This document shows, piece by piece, positions 51,324-60,640 of a DNA stretch of 64,000 bases. The position numbers and the translations under genes were made by a program. The stretch is taken from the NCBI GenBank assembly GCA_963771355.1, contig CAVYTA010000006.1:640001-704000 (forward strand), in the 5' to 3' direction. Under the pieces are notes generated by a model that searched no databases, was not told the origin of the DNA, and saw nothing but the letters and a program-made list of their open reading frames with translations. Numbering within the stretch: the first letter of the stretch is position 1; every line of letters starts with the position of its first letter. Origin of the DNA: an uncultured Candidatus Rokubacteria bacterium (GTDB lineage: Bacteria; Methylomirabilota; Methylomirabilia; Rokubacteriales; CSP1-6).

Positions 51324-51989
51324 TGATGGCCACCACCAAGACGACGACCGCGGCAGCGAGCCTGAGCGCGCTAGAGAACGCGCTATGCCAGGCGGCCGAG
51401 CGCGAGCGCCAGAGCCCGTGCGGTCTATCTCGAGGTGCTGGACGCGCGCGTCGCCAGGGACTGCGGCGCTCACCGGCGCGGCCGGCATCCGCGCGGTGCT
51501 CGCGGGCGAGCGGCGCGGCATCGCGGACATCGAGGCGACGGTGCGGGCCGCGATCATGGCCGGTGCTCGAGCAAGTACCCGAAGCCGAAGGCGACGACGC
51601 CGCGGATCCATCGCCGCCGAGGTGGACGCGCTCCGGCAAGACGGCGCTGGGCGCACTCAACACGCTCGACACGAACCCCGCGCGCTGGACCAGCCTGGAT
51701 TCAGAAAATCACGAGCCTCGCCCGACGGCGCGGGCAGCACCGGTATCTGCGCCGAGGCGGCATTGGGCTACGCCCTCCGGCCGCTGCTTGGGCGGGGCGC
51801 GCGCGCTGGCCGCGGACCCCCAAGGCGTTGACCGAGCAGGCGCGCTTCATTGACGCCCTCGTGGCCGACGACGCGGCGCCGGGGCGGCCCGTGGCGGTGG
51901 CGCGGGGGAGCGGGCCGCTGCCCGCGGCGACGCTGGAGGCGACCCAAGGCGCGCGGCGCATACCGCGCCGAGACGACGGTGCGCCATGA
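51324..51989 (+). pseudogene. Element conserved gene X (frameshifted copy)
   Basis: TALGALNTLDTNPA...PLLG...GSGPLP; downstream gcagccggagga..tgatggccga also matches 40922-40949. Confidence 0.6.
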
Positions 51990-53248
51990 GGACTAGGCAC
52001 ACGGCCCGCAGCCGGAGGAGCACGTGATGGCCGACGAATCCACGACCGAGGATCTCAAGGCGGAGTTTGACGCGGCCCGGCTCGCCGGGGACCACGCGCG
52101 GTTAGAGGCCATCGGCCCGCAGCTCTACCCCGAGCCCGCGGTCGTGGAACGCATCGCCCCCGGCTCCCCGCGACGCCGCCAGGCGTAGCGCAGGGCCCGC
52201 TGAGCAGCCCGCGCGCCGTGATTGCGGCGATCAATGCCGAGCTCGAAAGGGGCCAGGGCCACCAAACCGAGCAACGCCGCCAAGAATTGATCGCGAGCGC
52301 GACCAAGCGTACCGGGATGCCTTCGAAGAGAGCGAGCGGGCCGCCAGGCCGCGGCGCGCGCGGAGCCGGCCGCGCCGCCGTGACCCGGGTACGCGGTCGC
52401 CGGTGGCCCGCGCCGATGGAAGGCCACACGTGGAGTCCCGGACTCAACCCCATGGTGGCGCACCTGGTGGGTCGGGCCTCCACGTGGACACGCTCAAGCA
52501 CTTTGCCGGCGCGCGGGGCCCCGAGGATCCGCCCGACGACGTGCCCCGCGAGACGGTGGTCGCCGCGCGGTTCGCGATGGACGCGTATTTCCCTGACCGC
52601 GCCGAGCGGGAGCTGATGAACGACTGGCTGGACAAGACGGGCAACGCGAACAATCGGGCGCTCATCGAATGGGCCGCGGAGCTCGGGCGGCCGCTGCGCC
52701 AGGAGCTCGAGGCAGGCGCACGCGGATCGCTACCGGCCTCGGCACGACTCAACACGGGCTCGCCGCGAATACGCGGACACGGCGGCGGCCCTCGCTGCGC
52801 GCTATCAGCACATCTACGGAGGCGATTGACCCGTGCCCAGCCCCGCGGAGCAGCACCAAGCCGACGTCGAGCACGAGTGCCGCGATCCTCGAGGCGGCCG
52901 GCTGCGACGTGGTGCCGCTGCTCGGGCCCATCGCCCAGGCGTGGAACCTCCTCGGCATCGGCCCGCATGGGCTCCTGCTCGTGCACGTAGTCCGCGGGGC
53001 CTGGCCGGAGATGCTCGGGTTCAGAGCCTCGGCATCCCGCCGCGGTGGCCGGCCAGCACCGGCCGGCTCGATCCACCGATACATCGACGGGGCACCTGCC
53101 CGAGGTGCGCCTCTTGTGAAGCGCCCGCCGGCCCGTTTGCTGCCCTCCCAGCCGTCCGAAGGCCCCAATAGGGGTTTCAACCATGACTTCGGAGGAAACT
53201 CGGCCCGTAGCGACCCCGGACGGCGTACGTGCGCCCGCTTGAGGGTAC

Positions 53249-53431
53249 GTGCTCCCCCGGCTATGCCCCGTGTGCCGGAAGGTGCCGATCCAGCCGGCCA
53301 GGAAGCGGGACTGCTCCGGCCGGTGTCGGGCCCTCAGCCGGCAGCGGAAGGCAGAGCCCGGCGGGATGAGAAGCGAAGAGATCCGGGCGCTGCTCGAGGC
53401 GGCACTCAAGAAGCTGAGGGAGGACGCCTGA
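53249..53431 (+). CDS. Small zinc-finger/coiled-coil protein (copy 2)
   Basis: CPVCRKVPI...CSGRCR...EIRALLEAALKKL. Confidence 0.65.
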   Translation: MLPRLCPVCRKVPIQPARKRDCSGRCRALSRQRKAEPGGMRSEEIRALLEAALKKLREDA

Positions 53432-53522
53432 TGGGGCACGAACCTTCCTCGCGACGGTCTCAGCGGCGCCAGTTGCTCCCTGGCGCGGCTGGTTCGGGGT
53501 CATTGGCTGGAGGTGTTGAATT

Positions 53523-54200
53523 ATGAGCATCCTCGGGTGGCTCCTCACCATCCTTTTCGCGTTGTGCGCACTATTCATAATCGTAATGCCCTTCTGGGAA
53601 AGAAAGGGGAGGAAAGAGCAGCCCGAGAGGAGGAAAGAGCAGCCCGAGTCGCATTTGAAGAGGAGCGAAGAGCTCGGCGAATCGCGCTGGAAGAGAATCA
53701 AAGAGCATGGCAAGAAAACCAAAGAGCACGGCAAGTCTTACTCGGCGAATCGCTCACACGCCACCTAGCTACCCTGCGCGAAAGCATCGGCAGCTCATTC
53801 TTACGGACGATTACGGCTATAAACGCGATGCTGGATGGGGGACAAAGAGGTTGAGTACTTTTTGGGAATCGCAGCCAGGGAAGCCGACGTTGATAATCTC
53901 GATCTCATTGACCGCCTCTGTCGGGTAATGTTAAAGCGCCCTACGAACTGGCTGAGCGAAACGGAACTAGCGATTGAAGCCGACGCTGAAAAACGTCCAG
54001 TGGGAATGACCCTCAGATCTTCGTGAGGAGCATTGCGCGGATCTCTCTTCGCCCTCCGCGCAGGCTGGAGTGCTCGCCTCACTCAGGGCCTCGGGCGACC
54101 AAGGTGTCGATGTCATCGCCGAGAAAGGCGGCCACAAGGTCGCCCTTCAGTGCAAACAGTACAGTCAGCCGGTGGGCAACTACGCTGTTCAGGAAGCTTG
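53523..54200 (+). pseudogene. Membrane-anchored Mrr-family restriction endonuclease remnant
   Basis: N-terminal TM and coiled coil; SGDQGVDVIA...ALQCKQYSQPVGNYAVQEA; low GC; truncated. Confidence 0.75.
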
Positions 54201-54418
54201 TCGATGCCGGAGCCTTATGTCCTATGGACCGAACCTTGCTGATTTTTTCGGCGCGCCGCGACGTACGTGGACAGGATTCTCAAGGGGGCCAAGCCCGGGG
54301 ACCTGCCCATCGAGCAGCCGACGACGTTCGAACTGGTGATCAACCTCAAGACCGCGAAGACCCTCGGCCTCACGATCCCGCCGTCGCTTCTACTACGGGC
54401 GGATCAGGTGATCGAGTG
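54200..54418 (+). pseudogene. ABC substrate-binding protein C-terminal remnant
   Basis: LMSYGPNL...[49 protein letters not shown]. Confidence 0.8.
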
Positions 54419-54777
54419 ACCGGGGAACATCCGGGCGCAGAGCGACGCGCTGACGACGCTCGACGGGCCGCGCTGATGTTCGCAGCGCTTGGCTTCGCCG
54501 CGCTCCCACGCATCCCTGCCGACATGGCGCCGTGTTTCGGGGACTCCACCGCTGGCTCGACGCCTGGCGGGGGATCGGCGACCTCGTGACGGGCATGAAC
54601 CGCCAAGCCTACGATTTGGAGCTGACCCAATACCCGGATGGCTGGCGGTGCACGTTCTTCGTGACCGGGCGGGAACACTCGCTCACGCCCATCACCGGCT
54701 CGGCCTGGGAGAAGACGCCGTGGCTCGCCGTCCAGCGGGCCGCCGCGCGGGCGCTCGCCGGAGGAGTAATGGCATGA
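54416..54777 (+). CDS. Hypothetical protein (one frameshift)
   Basis: AALGFA...[12 protein letters not shown]...GWRCTFF...[14 protein letters not shown]. Confidence 0.55.
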
Positions 54778-54971
54778 GGATCTTCGGCATGATCTTGGTC
54801 ACGGTGGGCGCGGCGATCATCGTCGTCTTCGGCGTGCTGACAGCGGGGACGCTGCCCGGCGTCGATCCGGTCAAGGAGTTCATTGTGGCGCTGGTGTTCG
54901 GCGGGCCCATCGCTGCCCTGGGGCTCATCCTCGTCGCGATCCGGAAGCCAGAGAAACGGGGGCCGAAGTAG
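54774..54971 (+). CDS. Small two-TM protein
   Basis: SD ggaggag; two hydrophobic stretches with a basic tail. Confidence 0.6.
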   Translation: MRIFGMILVTVGAAIIVVFGVLTAGTLPGVDPVKEFIVALVFGGPIAALGLILVAIRKPEKRGPK

Positions 54972-55260
54972 ATGACACGCCGGCTGCTGGTGACGGTGAT
55001 GGTCGCGGCGGGCGGGCTCTCGGGCTGCTCAACGTCCAAGACGGCCGATACATCGACCCGAAGACGGGTCATCAATACGTCTGCTATCGCCAGTCCGCGT
55101 TCGGGGTGATCCCGTCCGTCGCGGCGGGCAACTCGTTTGCGGACTGCAAGACCTTGTTCGAGGGCCGCGGCTTTCTACGCCGCGATCCGTAGGTGTGGCT
55201 CATCATCCTCTTCATCGTCGGGCCGGTCTAGTGGTTCTGGTCGGGGCCGCGGAAGTGATC

Positions 55261-55290
55261 TTGACAACGCTGCTAACCGGGAGTTAGCAT
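55261..55290 (+). promoter_or_regulatory. Promoter with palindromic operator in the spacer
   Basis: TTGACA-N18-TAGCAT containing TGCTAAC-N5-GTTAGCA. Confidence 0.6.
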
Positions 55291-55313
55291 TGTCCCCGAA
55301 GAGGCTGGGACGC

Positions 55314-55493
55314 ATGTTGAAGACGCTACGGGAAGAGAAAGGCTTAAGTCAGCGTGAGCTCGCGGGCAGGGCGAAGGTCACTGGAGCCTACGTCGCCATG
55401 CTTGAGGCTCGCAAAAAGAAGAATCCCTCCCTCGCTGTCCTTCAGCGTCTCGCCAAGGCCCTCGGCGTGCCGGTGACGGAGCTGCTGGGATGA
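55314..55493 (+). CDS. XRE-family HTH regulator
   Basis: LKTLREEKGLSQRELAGRAKVTGAYVAMLE...NPSL..L..LAKALGV. Confidence 0.88.
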   Translation: MLKTLREEKGLSQRELAGRAKVTGAYVAMLEARKKKNPSLAVLQRLAKALGVPVTELLG

Positions 55494-55723
55494 ATCGCGC
55501 CATCTGTCTCAGCCTCGCCGCCCTTCTCACCACGAGCAGTGCGGCAGGTTGCGCCGTCGACGTCGCCGCGACCTGCAAGGCCTCCGGCGGCACGTACACG
55601 GAGGCGGGAACGTGCACGCAATATGGTCCGAGCCAGCAGGCGGCGAGGGATAGATGCTCAGCTAGCGGGGGCGTGTATTTCGTGGACAGCAACGCTTGCA
55701 TACTCGGCAGCGGGGGACCGTGA
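55490..55723 (+). CDS. Small Cys-rich lipoprotein
   Basis: Lipobox AAGC; duplicated C-x-ASGG-x-Y...C motif. Confidence 0.6.
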   Translation: MNRAICLSLAALLTTSSAAGCAVDVAATCKASGGTYTEAGTCTQYGPSQQAARDRCSASGGVYFVDSNACILGSGGP

Positions 55724-56239
55724 TGACCTTTGACGGAGCGACCTAAGACCAGAGCGCCCCCGGCCGCGTTGGCGCGCGACCGAGGGCTGGTAGCCGATCA
55801 ACCTCACCCTGGGAAGGAGAGCATCGATGGCCACGGCTACGGTAGCACGCGCCCGCCGGAGATGGCAGGGTGACGTGATCCCCGACGCCCGCGAGCTTCA
55901 CCGCGTCATCACCGCCAGCGTGCGCGAGCTGCTGGAGACTGCCCGGCTCGAGGCGCAGGCCGGCCCGGTGGACGAGGACCAGATCGAGCGCCTCATCTTC
56001 CGCGCGCCGCGCCCATCGTCCAAGCGTCGCCGTCGTTGACCGAGGCGCAGCGCGGCGAGCTGCTCCCGCATATCGTCCGCTTAATGTTGACGGCGTTCCT
56101 CGAGGCGCAAGCGCGATGACAACCGCCGCCGGCGGCGTCCCGACCACGCGCTACGTCGGTCGAAGAAGCCGCCACAAGCGCCGGGGCTGAACACCTCCCG
56201 ACGCTTGTGGATGTGAACGGACTCGAAGGGACGTCGCGA

Positions 56240-56534
56240 CTAGAGCGAGCCTCCTCCGCCACTCCCACCAACTCCCCCACCGCCCCCGCTACCGCCGCCG
56301 GACGTAGATGCCGCCGCCGGGCCCGCCAGACCCCGAGCCGCCCCCGCCGCCGGCTCCACCGCCTCCACTCCCGCTACCGCCGCCGGACCCAGAGCCGCCG
56401 CCGGCGCCCCCTCCTGCGCCACCGCTTCCGGACCCCGAGCCGCCGCCGCTTCCCGCTGCGTAACTTACGCCAACGGGCACGAGCACGAGAAGCGCGACTA
56501 CCAGCAGCACAAACAGCCGATAGACCACACGCAT
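56240..56534 (-). CDS. Secreted Gly/Ser-rich low-complexity protein (one probable frameshift)
   Basis: Signal peptide ...VSYA|A then GSGGG repeats; the repeat continues in another frame to the stop at 56240. Confidence 0.6.
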
Positions 56535-56773
56535 GGGCAACTCCATTCCGCGGGGGATACCCCGCTGCTCAGTACACTCCGATTACTTTCAAGCAAGCTG
56601 AATGCCTGAACAGAAACGCCTGCGGTGGTGAGAGCTTTCGGAGTGGATGGAATCACCCTGGGCCGCCCTTGTCAAAACTCCCGACACCATATACATAGCC
56701 TGCCGAGGGGATACGAGAAGGATCGAGGCCGTCTGCAAATACAGCGTTGCAGAAGGAAACGCGCGTGACGCCA

Positions 56774-57045
56774 CTACTTCTCGCGGGCTCGCTTCAACCC
56801 CCGCTCAATCGCGGGCAGGGCGTCCGGGGCATGGACGAGCGCGAGGGCGCGCAAGCCGAGGGCGTCTGTCACGAAGCCGGTGAAGAGATAGGGGCCCACC
56901 TTGCCTTTGCGTGCGCTCGTCTCGGGCTCGACGACCCGGAGCAGACGGGCCGCTACGCGCGAACTATCTTTGCGTGTTTCAAGAGCACGAGGTATTGCGC
57001 CTCGCTCAGCTCGATCTGGACGGGCAGGGTCTTGGCGGTCGCCAC
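56774..57045 (-). CDS. Element conserved gene Y, divergent from integrase (one frameshift)
   Basis: ATAKTLPVQIELSEAQYLVLLKHA...RLLRVVEPETSARKGKV...RAREK. Confidence 0.65.
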
Positions 57046-57113
57046 AGTGCCGCCGATGACACCACGCCGCTTTTGGTTCGTCAATATGATCCGACAACCG
57101 GGGAGGGGAACTA

Positions 57114-58235
57114 ATGGGACACCTTATCAGCGCGGGCCGGTGTGGTGGATTCAGTTTTATCAGGATGGGCAGCGGGTGCGGATGACCTCGGAGTCGCGGA
57201 CAAGGACGTGGCCAAGCGGCTGCTCAAGGAGCACGAGGCGCGCGTGACGCTCAAGGAGCCCGTCGTGCGTCCGCTCGGCCCGCGTCACCTATGACGAGCT
57301 GCGAACGGATCTCGTGGAGCACTACCAGGCGACCGGGGCCCGCGACCTCGAGGAGGCCGGCTGGCGGCTCGAGCACCTGGACCGGGCCTTCCGCGGGGCC
57401 CGCGCGAACCTCATCACCGCGGGCGGCGATCACCCGGTACATCGTCCAGCGCCAGGGCGAGCGGGCGGCCAACGGGACGGTTAACCGCGAGGTGGCGGTC
57501 CTGCTCCGGATGCTGCGCCTGGGCCTATGAGCGCGGCAAGGTGGCCCGCCTGCCCATCGTCCACAAGCTGAAGGAAGCGGCCCCGCGCGCCGGCTTCTTC
57601 GAGGCCGAGCATTCGCGGCGGTGCGGAAGCATCTGCCGGCCGACCTCCAGGTGGCCGTGACCGTCGCCTACACGTTCGGCTGGCGGATGCAGAGCGAAGT
57701 GCTGGCGCTCGAGACGCGGCAGCTCGACCTCGCGGCCGGGACCATCCGGCTCGACCCGGGCAGCACCAAGAACGACGAGGGGCGGGTGGTGTACCTCACG
57801 CCGGAGCTCACCGCGCTCCTGGCGGCCCATGTGGAGCGCGTGGTGGCCCTCGAGCCGAGACTTGGCGCAGGTGGTGCCGTGCCTCTTCCCGCACTTCGCC
57901 AAGCCGCACCGGGGGAGCGCAGCGCCAGGACTTCCGCAAGGCGTGGACGAGCGCGTGTAAGGCCGCCGGCTACACCGGGATGCTCCGGCATGACTTCCGG
58001 CGGACGGCGGTGCGGAACATGGTCAACCGGAGCATGCCGGAGCGCGGTGGCCATGAAGATCACCGGCCACAAGACGCGGGCCGTGTTCGACCGCTACCAC
58101 ATCGTGAGCCCGGCGGACCTGCGGGAGCGCGCGCCCGGAAGCTGGCCGGGCACGGTTTCAGCCACAATCGCGGCCACAGTGGGGCAGGTGACCCCCATCG
58201 CAAGTGAAGTGGAATTCGGTGCGGCGGACGATTAG
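57114..58235 (+). CDS. int: Tyrosine integrase, full length but multiply frameshifted
   Basis: SD gggagggg; YQRGPVWWIQFY arm-binding-like N-terminus, TVNREV, GWR..E, TKN, RHDFRR, GHKT, DRY. Confidence 0.88.
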
Positions 58236-58301
58236 CTCAGTTGGCAGAGCACCGGCCTCACATGCCGGGGGTCACTGGTTCAAGTCCAGTATCGTCCACC
58301 A
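58226..58301 (+). tRNA. tRNA-Val(CAC)
   Basis: 76-nt cloverleaf; acceptor GGACGAT/ATCGTCC, anticodon loop CTCACAT, GGTTCAAGTCC T arm, encoded CCA. Confidence 0.97.
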
Positions 58302-58305
58302 TTTC

Positions 58306-58336
58306 AAAACGCGGGGTTGCGAGACCCCGCGTTTTT
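58306..58336 (+). terminator. Intrinsic terminator after the tRNA (supplied by the islet)
   Basis: aaaacgcggggtt-GCGA-gaccccgcgttttt. Confidence 0.85.
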
Positions 58337-58933
58337 ATCTTTTCGGCCCGGTGCCCAAATAGTGCCTAACGGGCCCCGCGCAAGGGGTGGTTCCGGTGGG
58401 ACTCCAGGCATTTCTGGACGACAGTTACCGGGCGCCGTTCGCCGTCTGTGCCGCGGTCGTCGTGAACGCCGCCCGGCAGGCCGAGGCCGAGGCGTGCGTT
58501 GTTGCTCATGCTCGGTAGGCTGGTGCGCGGTGCGTAACGCGGGCGGTGTCATCGGCGGCACGATAGCGAAGTCCGACGGGCTGCCCGTCGCTCAGTGTCT
58601 TCGTCCGGTGCTCGCCCTCGAAGGCGTATTGCTTTTCGACGAGCTCCTAGGGCAGGTTTCCCGCGATAGCGCACTGGGGTACAATCGCGCGACATATGGC
58701 CGGCGTGCGATCAGGTACAGGACGGACGAACGATCGAGGCGGCGGGCCTGACGGAGATCTAATCTTACTCGTGCCGATGGTCTCGGTCGGTGGAGTGACG
58801 GCGATCTTGACCGGGTTCTTGTCCCGGTCACTCCTGCAAGGCGTCGCGGGCGCGGGCCTGATCGTTCTCAGAGCACATCACGCTTCTCAGGGTCATCGCC
58901 GCCAGGCGTCTCCATGACACATCGGCTGCGCTG

Positions 58934-60166
58934 ATGGGCCACCCCGCGACACGATGGGGGTGGGCGTGTGTCGCAGCCGGACTCGTATTCCTCGCCCTCG
59001 CGGTGATTGTCCGGCTCGCGGGCGTGCTCACGGTGGAGCGGGAGATCTACGAGGCGGTCGTCGCCGCCATACCGAAGACGGATCTCTGGCTATGGATCAC
59101 GCGGCTCGGCAGTGAAACCATCCTGTTCCCGGCATCTGTCTTCCTGATCATCTTATTGCCTAGCCAATTTCTCCGTCACTGGTGGGTCTGGGTCGTGGTG
59201 ATGTTGGTCGCCTCAGGGCTCGAAGGCATCGGGAAGGAGGTCATCGGCCGCCCGCGGCCAGAGTCGCTTCGACCTGGTTTCCCTAGCGCGCATACATCCG
59301 CGGCAGCCGCCTTCTATCTCATGGCGGCCTACTTTATCGCGGGCGCGGTGCGCAGTCGGTGGGCCAAGCGGGCGCTCTACGGCGTCGCTGCGGTCTGCAT
59401 GGGGTTGGTGGCCCTCTCCCGCATGACGCTCCGAGCGCACTGGCCCCTGGACGTGGTTGGCGGCGCGGCGCTCGGCATCAGCGTCGTCGCCGCGGCGGTG
59501 TGGTGGCATGAACGACATCCCGACGCATGGAGGGTCCTCGGCTCAATGCCGTACGCGTGGCGCCACGTCATCTACCGTGCGCAGAACATAGGTCAGATGA
59601 TCCTGGTCGTGGTGGTTATCTTCCTGAGGCCCCCGCTCGCTGCCGAGGATTCGCTCTTGGACCTTGCGTTCGATGTGTTTGGCGGCGGCTCGATCGCCGC
59701 GGGGCTCCTCCTGCGCGTCTGGGTGGCAGGCCACGCCGACGAGCGGGCGACCTTCGGTCCAGGCTTGCCGATGCGCCTCGTGACGACCGGCCCCTATGCC
59801 TACATGCGACAGCCGTTGCCGCTCAGTGCCCTGCTGGTCAGCATCGGCGTCGTCGTCCTGGCCGAGAGCGGTCCCGGGCTGGTGCTGCTACCGGCCGCGC
59901 TCATCTTGATGTACCGGATCACGATCCCGCTCGAAGAAACCGACCTCGCAGACCGCTTCGGCCCAGCTTATCTTGCCTATTGCGCTCGGGTCCCTCGGTT
60001 CCCCCGGAGCCTCGCCCCTGTGGTCCTCGCAGCCAGCATGACGGTGGTGCGACCGCACCAGATGCGCTGGCGTTCGATTTGGCACGACTTGCCCACCCTC
60101 GCGACGACGTTGGCACTCACCGTGTTGGCCGAGACGCACGAGTTCTTACCACACCTGCTGCGGTAG
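58934..60166 (+). CDS. PAP2 lipid phosphatase - ICMT/PEMT-like methyltransferase fusion
   Basis: K..IGRPRP, FPSAH, SR....HW..DV; then LVTTGPYAYMRQP, EE..L..RFG..Y..Y...VPRF. Confidence 0.82.
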   Translation: MGHPATRWGWACVAAGLVFLALAVIVRLAGVLTVEREIYEAVVAAIPKTDLWLWITRLGSETILFPASVFLIILLPSQFLRHWWVWVVVMLVASGLEGIGKEVIGRPRPESLRPGFPSAHTSAAAAFYLMAAYFIAGAVRSRWAKRALYGVAAVCMGLVALSRMTLRAHWPLDVVGGAALGISVVAAAVWWHERHPDAWRVLGSMPYAWRHVIYRAQNIGQMILVVVVIFLRPPLAAEDSLLDLAFDVFGGGSIAAGLLLRVWVAGHADERATFGPGLPMRLVTTGPYAYMRQPLPLSALLVSIGVVVLAESGPGLVLLPAALILMYRITIPLEETDLADRFGPAYLAYCARVPRFPRSLAPVVLAASMTVVRPHQMRWRSIWHDLPTLATTLALTVLAETHEFLPHLLR

Positions 60167-60640
60167 TCGTGGCGGCGTTCTGCTCGTTCTCGTCGCAGCC
60201 TGGGATCTGCGGTCAGTTTGAGTGCTAGTCGATCGGGGAAGGAGGTCGCCGGACCCGGTGGCATGAGTTGCCGGATACATGCCGGATGCTCACTGCGCGG
60301 AGAGGCGTGTCAGGTCCCGCTCACTTTCACGCGGCCTTTCCCAAGGGCGTCCTGTCAGATCCTCGGCGACTATGAGCCCTTCTGCGTAAGCCAAACCTTC
60401 TGGATCGTCACGGGGCGTCGGCCCCGATTCGCTACACTCACGGCCAAGTAGATCTTCTCCTTGAAATAGCCGGGCGGCGGATTCTGGATGCGGTATCCGG
60501 AGCGGGCGCGGGTCGACTCGGAAGAAGATTCAGCGAGCTTCGCCGGTGGCGTGAGCGGTGCCCAAATAGTGCCTATCCGCAGTGTCGCCCGGTGTCGCGG
60601 GCGGTCACTTGGCAACGCTCGGGTATCGTCCACCACGTCC

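Larger units (their letters stand above)
43895..58266. mobile_element. 14.3-kb integrated phage-satellite-like element
   Basis: 41-bp direct repeats, integrase, xis-like HTH, primase-helicase, Rep-like gene, TerL. Confidence 0.88.
58289..60635. mobile_element. 2.3-kb integrase-less islet at the tRNA 3' end
   Basis: GTATCGTCCACCA at 58289-58301 and 60623-60635; internal 20-bp direct repeat at 58349-58368 and 60556-60575. Confidence 0.8.

Noticed and set aside
56260..56460. ccgccg-rich tandem repeats as CRISPR or VNTR
   Set aside because: No repeat-spacer structure; explained by Gly/Ser codons on the minus strand. No CRISPR array was seen anywhere in the window.
60370..60500. Minus-strand fragment ...IYLAVSVANRGRRPVTIQKV
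   Set aside because: Probably a gene remnant in the islet, but no credible start or family could be assigned.
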